From positions 93,725-157,724 of the forward strand of contig NIVC01002603.1 of assembly GCA_002269645.1 (NCBI GenBank): a stretch of DNA of 64,000 nt, written 5' to 3'. Each line of letters begins with the position of its first letter. The first letter of the stretch is position 1. Under the pieces are notes generated by a model, which had not been told where the DNA came from, did not search any database, and was given only the letters and a program-made list of their open reading frames with translations. This document shows, one piece after another, positions 43,005 through 55,301 of this stretch. The DNA comes from Macrostomum lignano (taxonomy: Eukaryota). The position numbers and the translations under genes are program-made.

Positions 43005-46000
43005 TTAAAAGTGCCATTTTTCCTGAAGTCTCTTCTTCAGCCCATCAGGAAGAACTGCTTCCAACATCTTCAGCTTCTTTAATATTTCCCGAAGCTGCTC
43101 CAGATTCGAACAATAAAAAGCGGCAACCTGCAGCTCCTGCTCATCTGAGTCCTCTCTCTCAGACACATCCCGGATCCAGTCCTGAGCGCGCGCTACTCGA
43201 TCAGTCCGCAGCTCGAGCCGCAGAGCCCACAGCAGAGCGTCGAAGTTCATGTAGAAATAGTTATAACCGTCTGACAACCGAAAGGGAAAGCACTCCCTCA
43301 GAGCTCCTGGCAAGAATTCGAGTTTCGGTCGCTGGTCGAACTGAAAGCAGAACTTTCACGCCGAGTCGCGGCTGCTCAGATGCCGCATCACGAACTTCTC
43401 AGTCGCTTCAGTCGCCGACTTCTCACGAGACCAAGCGATGCCTCTGCTCACCGAGTGACCTGAGTACAAGCTCACGACTCTCTCTGCAGTTCCTCGGTAG
43501 CCGAACTTCAGGCAAGCCAGCGCTCTGAGAGCCTCCCGTGCTGAGAGGGCGCAGTCTGGCAGTCTGGCAATCAGCTCTGTGAGCGACTCCTGAGATCGCG
43601 GGCTGCAGTCACTGCAAGAGAGACGTACCAGACACTCTCTCACCACGTCGTAGATCTGATAGTACTAGAGAGCACTGGATTTCGTGAGGGGCATCGGCCT
43701 CAGATCCGGCAGGATTTGGAACGGGTGGAAGTAGAATGTGCCTGAGTCGCTCACAGGTCTGAGACTGCCGATGAACTGCTGCAGCAGTTGGGGCAGCCGA
43801 TCGATTACTGTTCTCAGTGTGCTCATGATGCCGTCCAAATGCTGGTCCACTCTCTCCTTGTCCGCACCCTTGAGGTAGATGGCCGCATTGCTGAGAAAGA
43901 AATGATCCATGATGCGACCCCGAGATCGGTCAGGTGTGTCAGGTGTTTGTCTGTCCTGCTCTCGGCTCTTCTCCACACAGTCAAGCAGCATCTGCAGCGA
44001 CTGTCTCGTGAGACTCACGAGGTTCTCCTTCTTCCACTGCTCGACCGGCGTCTCGTCCACCATTCGGAAGGTGATGGTCTTCACGTGGTAGGACTTCAAG
44101 CCTTGCTGATTGAAGCCATTCTTGTGACAGATGACCTTCTTGACCAGGTATTTGAGTGTGACGAACAGTTGACCTTGCAGGGTAGTAAGACTTCGCAGCA
44201 TCCGTTTCTCCAGGAAGCTGGTGCTCACGCGGAGCTCTTCGCCTTCCCTGTCTGGAGAGGCTGCGTGCACTACGTGGCAGGGCGATGAGGCGGAGGTGAG
44301 CACCTTCCGGAGAGCCTCCAGCACCGGATGGGGGATGTTGGAGACGCGGTTTGGCAGCAGCAGCGCGATGGGCGGGTAGCGGCAGAGACGGCCTGCGAAG
44401 ACATCGTCCAGTGCTGGCCTCAGTGTGAAACCGGGCTTTGTACTGGCAGGATTGGAGGCTGTAAAAACGATTGCAGGGGCTCCTGATTGGGCGAAATACA
44501 GCTTTGAGTCTGTGCAGTGATGCTTTGTACTGATTGGGAAAGAATAAAAGTTTAAAATTGTTACCTAATTCTCTAAACAATAAATGCAGTTTGCTAATAC
44601 AGATTTTTTTCTGTGGCGATAGCTACTCAATCAACAGGATCAATACATCCAACTGCCCATGCGTTTGTGTGTTGCAAGACTAAAGGATGACAATATATTG
44701 TGCACCAATGATTTACACACTAAAATCAATTGGTGTGCACTGCCAGAATCTCTAGAAATCACAACGGAACTAACAGACTTCACAGACCATCTCACTCTGC
44801 AAGAGAGAGCTCACCGTATCCTGAGCACTGAATGTGCCCGTTCACCAACTCGTGCTGCTCCGGAGCTCCATCGCACTCGCACAGGCCTCTTTGGTGGTAT
44901 TCTCGGCCGCGAATCAAATACATCACATCAATGTCGGAATTGGCGTCAGTTCTGCCGTCCAGTGTCGTCAGACTGTTGCCCCAACCTTCTGAGTAGCTGC
45001 CAACGACAAAAAAGTCAACGTCGTTCAGTCGACTTCTCAGAATCTGTTGCAGGACATCGGCAGCCGCGCTCTGCAATGCGGCTCGGGATTCGGTGAAGCC
45101 TGACTGCTCCAGTGCTGAGTGCAGCTGCTCGCTCAGCTCTGGGTCGCTGGGACTGTATCTGAAATGTGAGTTGTTGATGAAAACGTGCACTACTTAAAGA
45201 GTTAACTTTATTGGTCGAACGGTCTTGGTCTGAGCAAAGAACCGTCTGACCATTATGGAGCGAAGCGAACATAGAGGCTTCCCTGACTGAGCGGTCTTCG
45301 ACAAGGTAAAACGGAAAGTAACTTGATTGGCTGCCGATTCTCAGTATTTGTCTAAAGATGGGATTCTTCTCTTCTGGCGTGCTGAAATCAGCACTGACAT
45401 CAGCATCTTTACTCAGCATTCTGCAAGCTCTCGCTTTCCACTCTTTGCGCGCGTGCTGTTCCTAACATTCAAATCTGCCTCTTGCCAATTATCAAACACG
45501 TTAAAAGTAATCTAAAAACTATTTTAAAACAATAAAAGTAAATTATTTACAAAAAAGCAAATCCACTACTTTAACTAAGAACGCCATAATCCGTTTAAAA
45601 CTTACTCAAATTCTGCCTTTTCGAGTGGGTCTTCCAAAGCAGATGAATATTTACTCGATTCTTGCTTATCGATATGCTCACAATTGCCGTCAACTTGTGC
45701 TTTGATGAGTGAAATCGCAACTTGGTGGTGACCAAAATGGGATGCAATGTAGAGAGGTGACTTGCCATTGTTTCGTTGAAGATTGACGTCAGCTTGTGCA
45801 TTGATGAGTGATCTCACAACTTGGTGGTGACCATTCTGTGATGCAATGTATAGAGGTGAGCAACCATCGACTTCTTGAAGATTAACGTCAGCTTGTGCTT
45901 TGATGAGTAATCTCACAACTTGGTCGTGACCATTCAGTGATGCGACGTGGAGAGGTGAAGAGCCATCGCTGTGTTGAAGATTGACGTCAGATTGTGCTTT

Positions 46001-47250
46001 GATAAGTGAGGTCACGACTTGGTGGTGACCTCTCTGTGATGCAATGTAGAGAGGTGAAGAGCCATCGACTTCTTGAAGATTAACGTCAGCTTGTGCTTTG
46101 ATGAGTGAGCTGACAATATTGTGGTGACCATTCTGCGATGCAATATAGAGAGGTGACCCACCTTGGATTTGTTGAAGATCGACGTCAGCTTGTGCTTTGA
46201 TGAGTGAGCTCACAATACTGTGGTGGCCATTCTATGATGCAATGTAGAGAGGTGACTCGCCAGTGTTTACTTGAAGATTGACGTCAGCTTGTGCTTTGAT
46301 GAGTGAGCTCACAATACTGTGGTGGCCATTCTATGATGCAATGTAGAGAGGTGACTCGCCAGTGTTTACTTGAAGATTGACGTCAGCTTGTGCTTTGATG
46401 AGTGTGGTCACAACTTGGTGGTAATTATTCTGTGATGCAGCGTAGAGAGGTGAAGAGCCATTAGTATTTTCATTAAGATGGACGTCGGCTTGTGCTTTAA
46501 TAAGTATGCTTACAACTTGGTGTTGACCAAAATAGGATGCAATATGGAGAGGTGAGCGGCCATTGACTTCTTGAAGATTGACGTCAGCTTGTGCTTTGAT
46601 GAGTGAGGTCACAACTTGGTGGTGACCTTTCCGTGATGCAATGTGGATAGGTGAACCGCCTTGGATTTGTTGAAGATTAACGTCAGCTTGTGCTTTGATG
46701 AGTGAGGTCACAACTTGGTGGTGACCATTCTGTGATGCAATATGAAGAGGTGAGTAGCCATCGACTTCTTGAAGATTAATGTCAGCTTGTGCTTTGATGA
46801 GTGAGCTGACAATATTGTGGTGACCATTCTGCGATGCAATATAGAGAGGTGACGCGCCAGTGTTTACTTGAAGATTGACGTCAGCTTGTGCTTTGATGAG
46901 TGAGCTCACAACTTGGTGGTGACCATTCTGTGATGCAATGTAGAGAGGTGAACCGCCTTGGATTTGTTGAAGATTGACGTCAGCTTGTGCTTTGATGAGT
47001 GAGCTCACAACTTGGTTGTGACCATTCAGTGATGCGATGTGGAGAGGTGACTCTCCAGTTTTTAGTTGAAGATTGACGTCAGCTTGTGCATTGATGAGTG
47101 ATCTCACAACTTGGTGGTGACCATTCTGTGATGCAGTGTATAAGGGTGAGCAACCATCGACTTCTTGAAGATTAACGTCAGCTTGTGCTTTGATGAGTGA
47201 GCTCACAACTAGGTCGAGACCATTATTAGATGCACTGTAGAGAAGTGAGC
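43005..47250 (-). pseudogene. Ankyrin-repeat + Mab-21/cGAS-like nucleotidyltransferase fusion gene with in-frame stops
   Basis: ANK exon ~47250-45606 (~15-16 33-aa repeats; TAG at 46331 and 46232) splices in phase 2 to exon 45158-44815 (VVGSYSEG...SDIDVM), then in phase 1 to exon 44509-43005 (LDDVF, LRVSTSFLEK, TLKY, LKSYHVKT, W, DHFF). TAG at 43665 and TGA at 43356 lie in the same frame. Confidence 0.75.
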
Positions 47251-48189
47251 AGCCCTTTCTGGTGATTGGCTGAGCTGCCCGCCTAGCTGTCTAGTGTGAT
47301 TAGTTATATTGTGTACGCGCTCGTGCCGACCAATTGACGGCTGAGATTTTTCTGTGGGCCCTAACCCCAAACCCTAGAGGTACAAAAATATAAATATGAG
47401 TTGAGCGAGGGAGAGCGCGCCTTCTGAAGCCTATCTTGACGACTCAATCTATAGCGAGCAACGCATTAGCATTAGACACCTCTCGGCCGCTCTGCGTCGC
47501 TCTCACCGTGATGCGCAGCTACTGGCTTTATTTGCGTGGGAATACTGCAGCTGTCTTTGGGGGCGTACGCGTTGTAAGATCTAGGGACGGACCGGCTCAG
47601 TGTCTTTAGATAGTAAAACCCTGTAATAGAAGAGAAACCTATAGATTGCAGAAAAAGATGATGAAGCTGAAGATGAGATCAGATAAAGCGAAGCCAAGTA
47701 CGGAGATTCTCGACAAGGAGTTGCTCGTTCTGTTCTCACTTTTCAAATTGTCGCATCGAGCTCAGCTTCAGTTCCTCTTCAAATGCAGCCTCACTGTAAG
47801 ACTCAAGACTCGACACTCAATCGTGTCGAAAGTACTCGATGGGCACTGCCCAGTTTTCATATTCATGCACTGCATCAAGCATAGCCAATCCACTGCAAAC
47901 CGGTTTGCTGAATCTTGGCAAACCTACTCGCTTTTGTGATACAATTTGCAAACTATACTACTGAGTGAAAGTGGATATTAATGAGTTATTTGTTCTTTTA
48001 CTTTCATTCACACGATTTTAATAGATTTCTCGTAAATGTAATTTTATATCGAAAATGTGGCAGTTTCTGTCTGCTATTTTGGATCATTGGAAAATTTGCT
48101 TGGGAAGTATTTATTTTGAGAGTCATTGTAGGGGAATTATGCAAGGAGTTCTGAAGGGAGCCATAGAGGGAAATATCGAGGGATCAGCC

Positions 48190-48920
48190 ATGAAGGGAGT
48201 CATGTAGGAAGTCATGTAGGGAGTGACGTAGGGAGTGATGTAGGGAGTGATGTAGGGAGTGATGTAGTGTGTCATGTAGGGTGTCATGTAGGGAGTCATG
48301 TGGGAGTCATGTAGGGAGTCATGTAGGGAGTCATGTAGGGAGTCATGTAGGGAGTCATGTAGGGAGTCAGGTATGGTTTCATGTAGGGAGTCATGGAGGG
48401 AGTAATGTAGGGAGTAATGTAGGGAGTCATATAGGGAGTCATGTAGGGAGTGATGTAGGGAGTGATGTAGGGAGTGATGTAGTGAGTGATGTAGTGTGTC
48501 ATGTAGGGTGTCATGTAGGGAGTCATGTGGGAGTCATGTAGGGAGTCATGTAGGGAGTCATGTAGGGAGTCATGTAGGGAGTCATGTAGGGAGTCAGGTA
48601 TGGTTTCATGTAGGGAGTCATGGAGGGAGTAATGTAGGGAGTAATGTAGGGAGTCATATAGGGAGTCATGTAGGGAGTCATGTAGGGAGTCATGTAGGGA
48701 GTCATGTAGGGTGTCATGTAGGGAGTCATGTAGGGAGTCATGTAGGGAGTCATGTAGGGAGTCATGTAGGGAGTCATGTAGGGAGTCATGTAGGGAGTCA
48801 TGGAAAGAGTGATGGAGGGAATCATGGAGGGAGTCATGTAGGGAGTCATGTAGGGAGTCATGTAGGGAGTCATGGAAACAGTGATGGAGGGAATCATGGA
48901 GGGAGTCATGGAGGGAGCCA
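48190..48920. repeat. 12-bp minisatellite GTCATGTAGGGA with a 227-bp higher-order duplication
   Basis: Blocks starting at 48269 and 48496 carry the same variant series. Confidence 0.9.
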
Positions 48921-49283
48921 TTTAAGGAACTGCGTAGTAGACAAGTCACTTTTATATTTTCCCGATCGCTCAAGCGAAATAGATACAGTTGGTCTAGATG
49001 ATAGTTGACTTCCAACAGCAATTAGGAAAATGAAATTTGGTCCCTGCCTCCCAACGAGCTCAACGTTCTTTTATTGAATCCAGTTTATTCCAACCTAAAA
49101 AAATGTACTTTAGCCCATCAGACATGGAGCCAGCCTCCAACAGCTGGTTGGTCAGTCGCTGTCCCAGCCAATCGTGAGGTTCCACTGAGCACGGAGAATC
49201 CGATGATGAAGCATGAAAGCAAGCCCAAAAGCTCGGCTCAAGAAGTTTGAGCATCGCTTGCCAGCCGGCTGACAACGTCGATC

Positions 49284-49749
49284 ATGTCAGGGCGAAGGCC
49301 TCGCTATGGCAGCGCCAGGGAGCGAGTTCGGGACTTTGATCCCGAGTTTCCGTCTAGACAGCCGCAGCAGCCGCAGTTGGAGCGCGTGCGCAGCTTCCGG
49401 CGCACGCGGCGCGGCCTGGTGAACGAAGGCGACCTGCTGGTGCGCAGCGCAAGGAGCAGCTGCAGCTTGAACAGCTCGGCAGCCAGCAGCGACCTGGAGT
49501 TGACGCCCACCGCGGTGGCGGCGGCGGTGGCTGCTGCGGCAGCGGCGGCGTCAAAACCTGCAGCTGCCGCTGGTACGACTTCTGCATCAGCGTCAGCTGA
49601 GGCCGCTGCTGCCGCGGCCACGGCGGCCCCAATGTCCAGCCGCTGTCAGGCCTACCGACTGCAGGTGCTGGGGCCGCCACGGGTTGGCAAGAGCACCCTG
49701 TGCGAGCAGTTCCTGTCGTCGGAGTGTCGCGCTCTGGACGTCTTTGCTG
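49284..49749 (+). CDS. First coding exon of an RGK (Rad/Gem/Rem)-like small GTPase; remainder not found in the window
   Basis: RVRSFRRTRRGLVNEGD, typical of invertebrate RGK N-termini, then YRLQVLGPPRVGKSTLCEQFLSSE (P-loop); GT donor at 49750. Confidence 0.65.
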
Positions 49750-50704
49750 GTAGCTAGCTGGTTCAGTTAAACTATGGCAGAGCCGTTTTTTTCTGAAATC
49801 GATAATATAGATACTGACAAACCATTTTTAGTATATTGACTAGCAATCTAGTACCCCCCTTCGGGACAGCCAACGCAGAATGAAATGGAATTTTTTATAA
49901 ACTACATGTAGCCTCTGACCTCTAAGCCTTGACATCTCCAGTCTCAAGTTAGGGAGGGGGGTTAACGCCTATTTATTGTACATATACGAGCTACTCTCTC
50001 CCAGGCACAATAGCATATAATAGTGGCCATTATTCCTATGTACATTCACCCTATGTACAAATTTCATCACGTGACTTCTTTCCAACATTTATTGCCGATC
50101 CAAACCGATATCTTTGCAGTGTCAAATAATGGCTACAAAAGTATTAAGGAATAAAAACATCCAGGCTTAGGGCAAAGTACATAAACAAAGCACTTTCTTA
50201 GTATAAGACTGAGTTGAGCAATGACTAAACTAAATAATAAACAATCTACAAATGAATTGCTTGCTAATTGAGCCACACGGGCAGTTGCAGGTGCGAATCA
50301 AGACCAGGCAGAACTCAAACACAAAGCCAGTTCGGCTGAATCAAAGGAGCGGCTTCAGGAGATCCAATTATCTCACCTGAATAATTATAATTATTACTTT
50401 GACAATCACGCAGCGGGGGGGGGCTCAATCCTCGGGCGCAGCTGTTTTGACAAAATTGTAAACAGTATTTGATGAGGCTGAGCAATTTTTTGTACAAACG
50501 CAGCATTTCGCTGGGGCATCAGCTGCTCAGTATGGGGGCTTGTCTGTATAATTGCAGCTGCGGCAATAATTGCAGGCTGCTTTGGTTGCAAAAAATATCA
50601 GTCTGAAGGCGATTTCTAAATATCCATATATGGTACATTGGATGGATCAGTGATCAGGTGCAATTCTGCATAGGACTTGTGCGTCGTATGCTGTCAGATT
50701 TGAG

Positions 50705-50935
50705 TGTCAGGAACTATAGATTCGGCTGTCAGGAAATATATATTCGGGTGTCAGGAAATATACATTCGGCTGTCAGGAACTATAGATTCGGGTGTCAGGA
50801 ACTATAGATTTCAGGTGTCAGGAACTATAGATTCCAGGTGTCAGAAACTATAGGTTCGGGTGTCAGGAACTATAGATTCGGGTGTCAGGAACTATAGATT
50901 CGGCTGTCAGGAACTATAGATTCGGGTGTCAGGGC
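50705..50935. repeat. 22-bp minisatellite GTGTCAGGAACTATAGATTCGG
   Basis: About 10 copies. Confidence 0.9.
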
Positions 50936-51328
50936 ATACATTTTTGAATCTTGAATTCGGGAGAACAGCCGACAAGGGCGCAAGCGAGAGCTCAGGCTGA
51001 GCTGTCTGACTGGCTGCCTCTCAGCGCACGGATCTCGGGCACTTTTCTCCTCCCATCGGCAATTTTCGTGATTAACTCTTTCCACTCTTCTTTTGCCTCA
51101 TCCGGGAAAATTTTGTGGCGGAGGCCCAGAAAAGGAAGCAGGGGACTGACTGGGATGCAGCTCCCTTGGCTGGATTGGGGGGGGGGATTGGCGGGCGTGC
51201 CGCAGAGCAGCGACTTTTCAAGCGCCGGAAAAGTGGGGCGTTCTTTTATTCAATTGAGAGTCGCCCACAGTTTACTTGGCTGCGGCTGCGGGGACTGGGG
51301 TGCATGGAGAAGTAGGCTAAGCGGCTCC

Positions 51329-53313
<1,985 letters not shown>

Positions 53314-53325
53314 CACAGTTTCCCT

Positions 53326-55272
53326 ATGCCGACCAAAAGCCGAAGCTGGTACAGCTCGCATCACCGCCAAGCAAGAGTACCTCAACAACCAAACAGTCGT
53401 CCACATGGCCAGCAGTACCAAGGTGTGCGTTCGGCTGTGAGGCGACTATCTCCAGAACATGGCCGGCAGTTTGATCGCCAGCGTGACGGCGATGTCAGAT
53501 CTAGAAGCCGCCATCGCCAAAGAGACCGCGCTACGCAGGACAGGACGGGCGGCGACCGGCAACAACGTCGGAATGCAGGTGGGTCGCTGACAACCGCCGC
53601 GTCCGGAGTCGCCCGCCAAGTCAAACAGCTGTTTCGTGCTGCTCACCACCTGGAAAATTGGCAGGTGACACCATCTTCGATCCGACTAAAGTCTCAGCAG
53701 CTGAAAACACTAATCAGGCCTGCAGTGCCCACGGAATCGACAAAATCGCGGATTGCTGAGAACGCCGATCAGTGGGAAGTCAGCACGCTAGACACAATGC
53801 AGAGCCATTATGAGATCAGCATCCATCATCTAGCTGCTGAACTTCTGGAAGCCAGGAAGGACGCTGACCCTTCTGATTGGGAAACCGGCTGGCAAGTCGG
53901 TTTTCACTGGGCGGCGAAGGACCTCGGCAGAAGATTCAGCTACAGCCCTGATCTGCTGCAATACCGGCTGAAAAAAATGTCCATCGAGCTGAAGGTACCT
54001 GAATTTACTGCTAACAAAGGTAGGACTATCTCTTCTTTTGATACTGTGATTGTAAGCAACCAAACCACCAGCTCTATGGGGGTTCCCGTTTCAAACCTCT
54101 TGTCTGGGGTGGTGGGTTCGAATCAACCCCACCAAGCCGCCAGCCCTGTGACAACTGAGCAGGGGAGGGAGCAACCAGCAGGGAATCGTCCCTCCAGCCC
54201 TTCAACGGGCATGGAAGAATCTCCCGACTGGCGAGGCTTTAACGAGGAACCGAGCATGCTAAGCCATACGGACGAGGACAACCAAGCTTGCCCGCCGATT
54301 TTTCCGACAGAAGAGCCGCCTGAAGGGCTCAATTCGCAAATGCAGGGTCCAGTTGCCTGTGACCAGGGGCTGGACACGGGGGTGGTCTGTGACCAGACAC
54401 CTCCACCTGCAAACTCCATTGCTGCTGATCAAAACGAATCAGCTATTTCAATACCTGCCATCTTGACTTCGAGTCGTCAACAGCAGAGTCAAGTCGCCTG
54501 TGACCAGGGGCTTGACACGGGGGTGGTCTGTGACCAGACATCCCCAGCTGCTGCTAATAGCAACAACATCGATGCCAGCCAAGCTGACTCTTTCGTGTCT
54601 TTTGCGACACCCACCGACAACGTTGCATTTTTACAGAGTAGATTTGCTTGCGCTGAGCCACCCAGGCTTGCCAGTGACAGCAATAGGGACAGTCTTGAGC
54701 TGACCCCTCCTCGATCGGCACTTGCTCAACCAAGCCAGATTAACGTCCATAGGGGACTTAAGAAAGACTGGAAACTGACCCCTATCGAAAAGTCAACGAT
54801 CGCGATCGGCGATGAGAGTCTCTCTGAGCCCGGGCAAGCGCACCCAGATGTACAATTTGAAATTTTTCCGAATCTACGCGCTGAGAACCTAATCAGGGTG
54901 CTGCGTGAGCAGTTGAAAAGCCCTAGCTCAGCTGTCAAAGCGGTCATTCTCTTCCCTTGTGGTCATGACCTGTCGAGACAATTTGAAGGTGTCCTCGACA
55001 AACAGCTCACGACAATCGTGAATCATTGTCGCAAGGCCTTTCCAGAGGCAAACATCTACACACTTGACTCAGTGGTGGATGCCGAGGCAACGGACAGCGT
55101 CCGAAGCAATGTGGAAAAATTGAACCGCCATGCCCAGAATCTCAACCAGAAGGGGCACATGTCACTACCCAGACAGGGTTTGACCTTCCTGTCAGACAAG
55201 GTCACACTATCTGACCAATCGGCCTTGGAGGTCTTCAGGATTGTCTATGGCAAAGTACAAAAAAACTTGTAG
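53326..55272 (+). CDS. PLE ORF1, 648 aa: basic Arg-rich N-terminus, helical region, disordered linker, C-terminal SGNH/GDSL esterase-like domain
   Basis: Uninterrupted ORF. C-terminus IAIGDESL...FPNL...VILFPCGHDL...AFPEANI...LN...DKVTL follows the SGNH block order. Confidence 0.75.
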   Translation: MPTKSRSWYSSHHRQARVPQQPNSRPHGQQYQGVRSAVRRLSPEHGRQFDRQRDGDVRSRSRHRQRDRATQDRTGGDRQQRRNAGGSLTTAASGVARQVKQLFRAAHHLENWQVTPSSIRLKSQQLKTLIRPAVPTESTKSRIAENADQWEVSTLDTMQSHYEISIHHLAAELLEARKDADPSDWETGWQVGFHWAAKDLGRRFSYSPDLLQYRLKKMSIELKVPEFTANKGRTISSFDTVIVSNQTTSSMGVPVSNLLSGVVGSNQPHQAASPVTTEQGREQPAGNRPSSPSTGMEESPDWRGFNEEPSMLSHTDEDNQACPPIFPTEEPPEGLNSQMQGPVACDQGLDTGVVCDQTPPPANSIAADQNESAISIPAILTSSRQQQSQVACDQGLDTGVVCDQTSPAAANSNNIDASQADSFVSFATPTDNVAFLQSRFACAEPPRLASDSNRDSLELTPPRSALAQPSQINVHRGLKKDWKLTPIEKSTIAIGDESLSEPGQAHPDVQFEIFPNLRAENLIRVLREQLKSPSSAVKAVILFPCGHDLSRQFEGVLDKQLTTIVNHCRKAFPEANIYTLDSVVDAEATDSVRSNVEKLNRHAQNLNQKGHMSLPRQGLTFLSDKVTLSDQSALEVFRIVYGKVQKNL

Positions 55273-55301
55273 GTTTTAGGAATGCGGCTAGCAACCAAGT
55301 C

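Noticed and set aside
43005-46333. Stop-codon reassignment or selenocysteine readthrough for the ANK-Mab21 stops
   Set aside because: Neighbouring genes use TAA, TAG and TGA as normal stops, three of the four are TAG, and single-base nonsense changes explain each.
47640-47940. Decayed minus-strand coding-like fragment upstream of the ANK exon
   Set aside because: Several stops and no identifiable family; cannot be tied to the ANK gene.
50291-50462. Phase-compatible candidate exon 2 of the RGK gene after TTGCAG
   Set aside because: The translation has no GTPase motifs and ends in a stop without a convincing donor.
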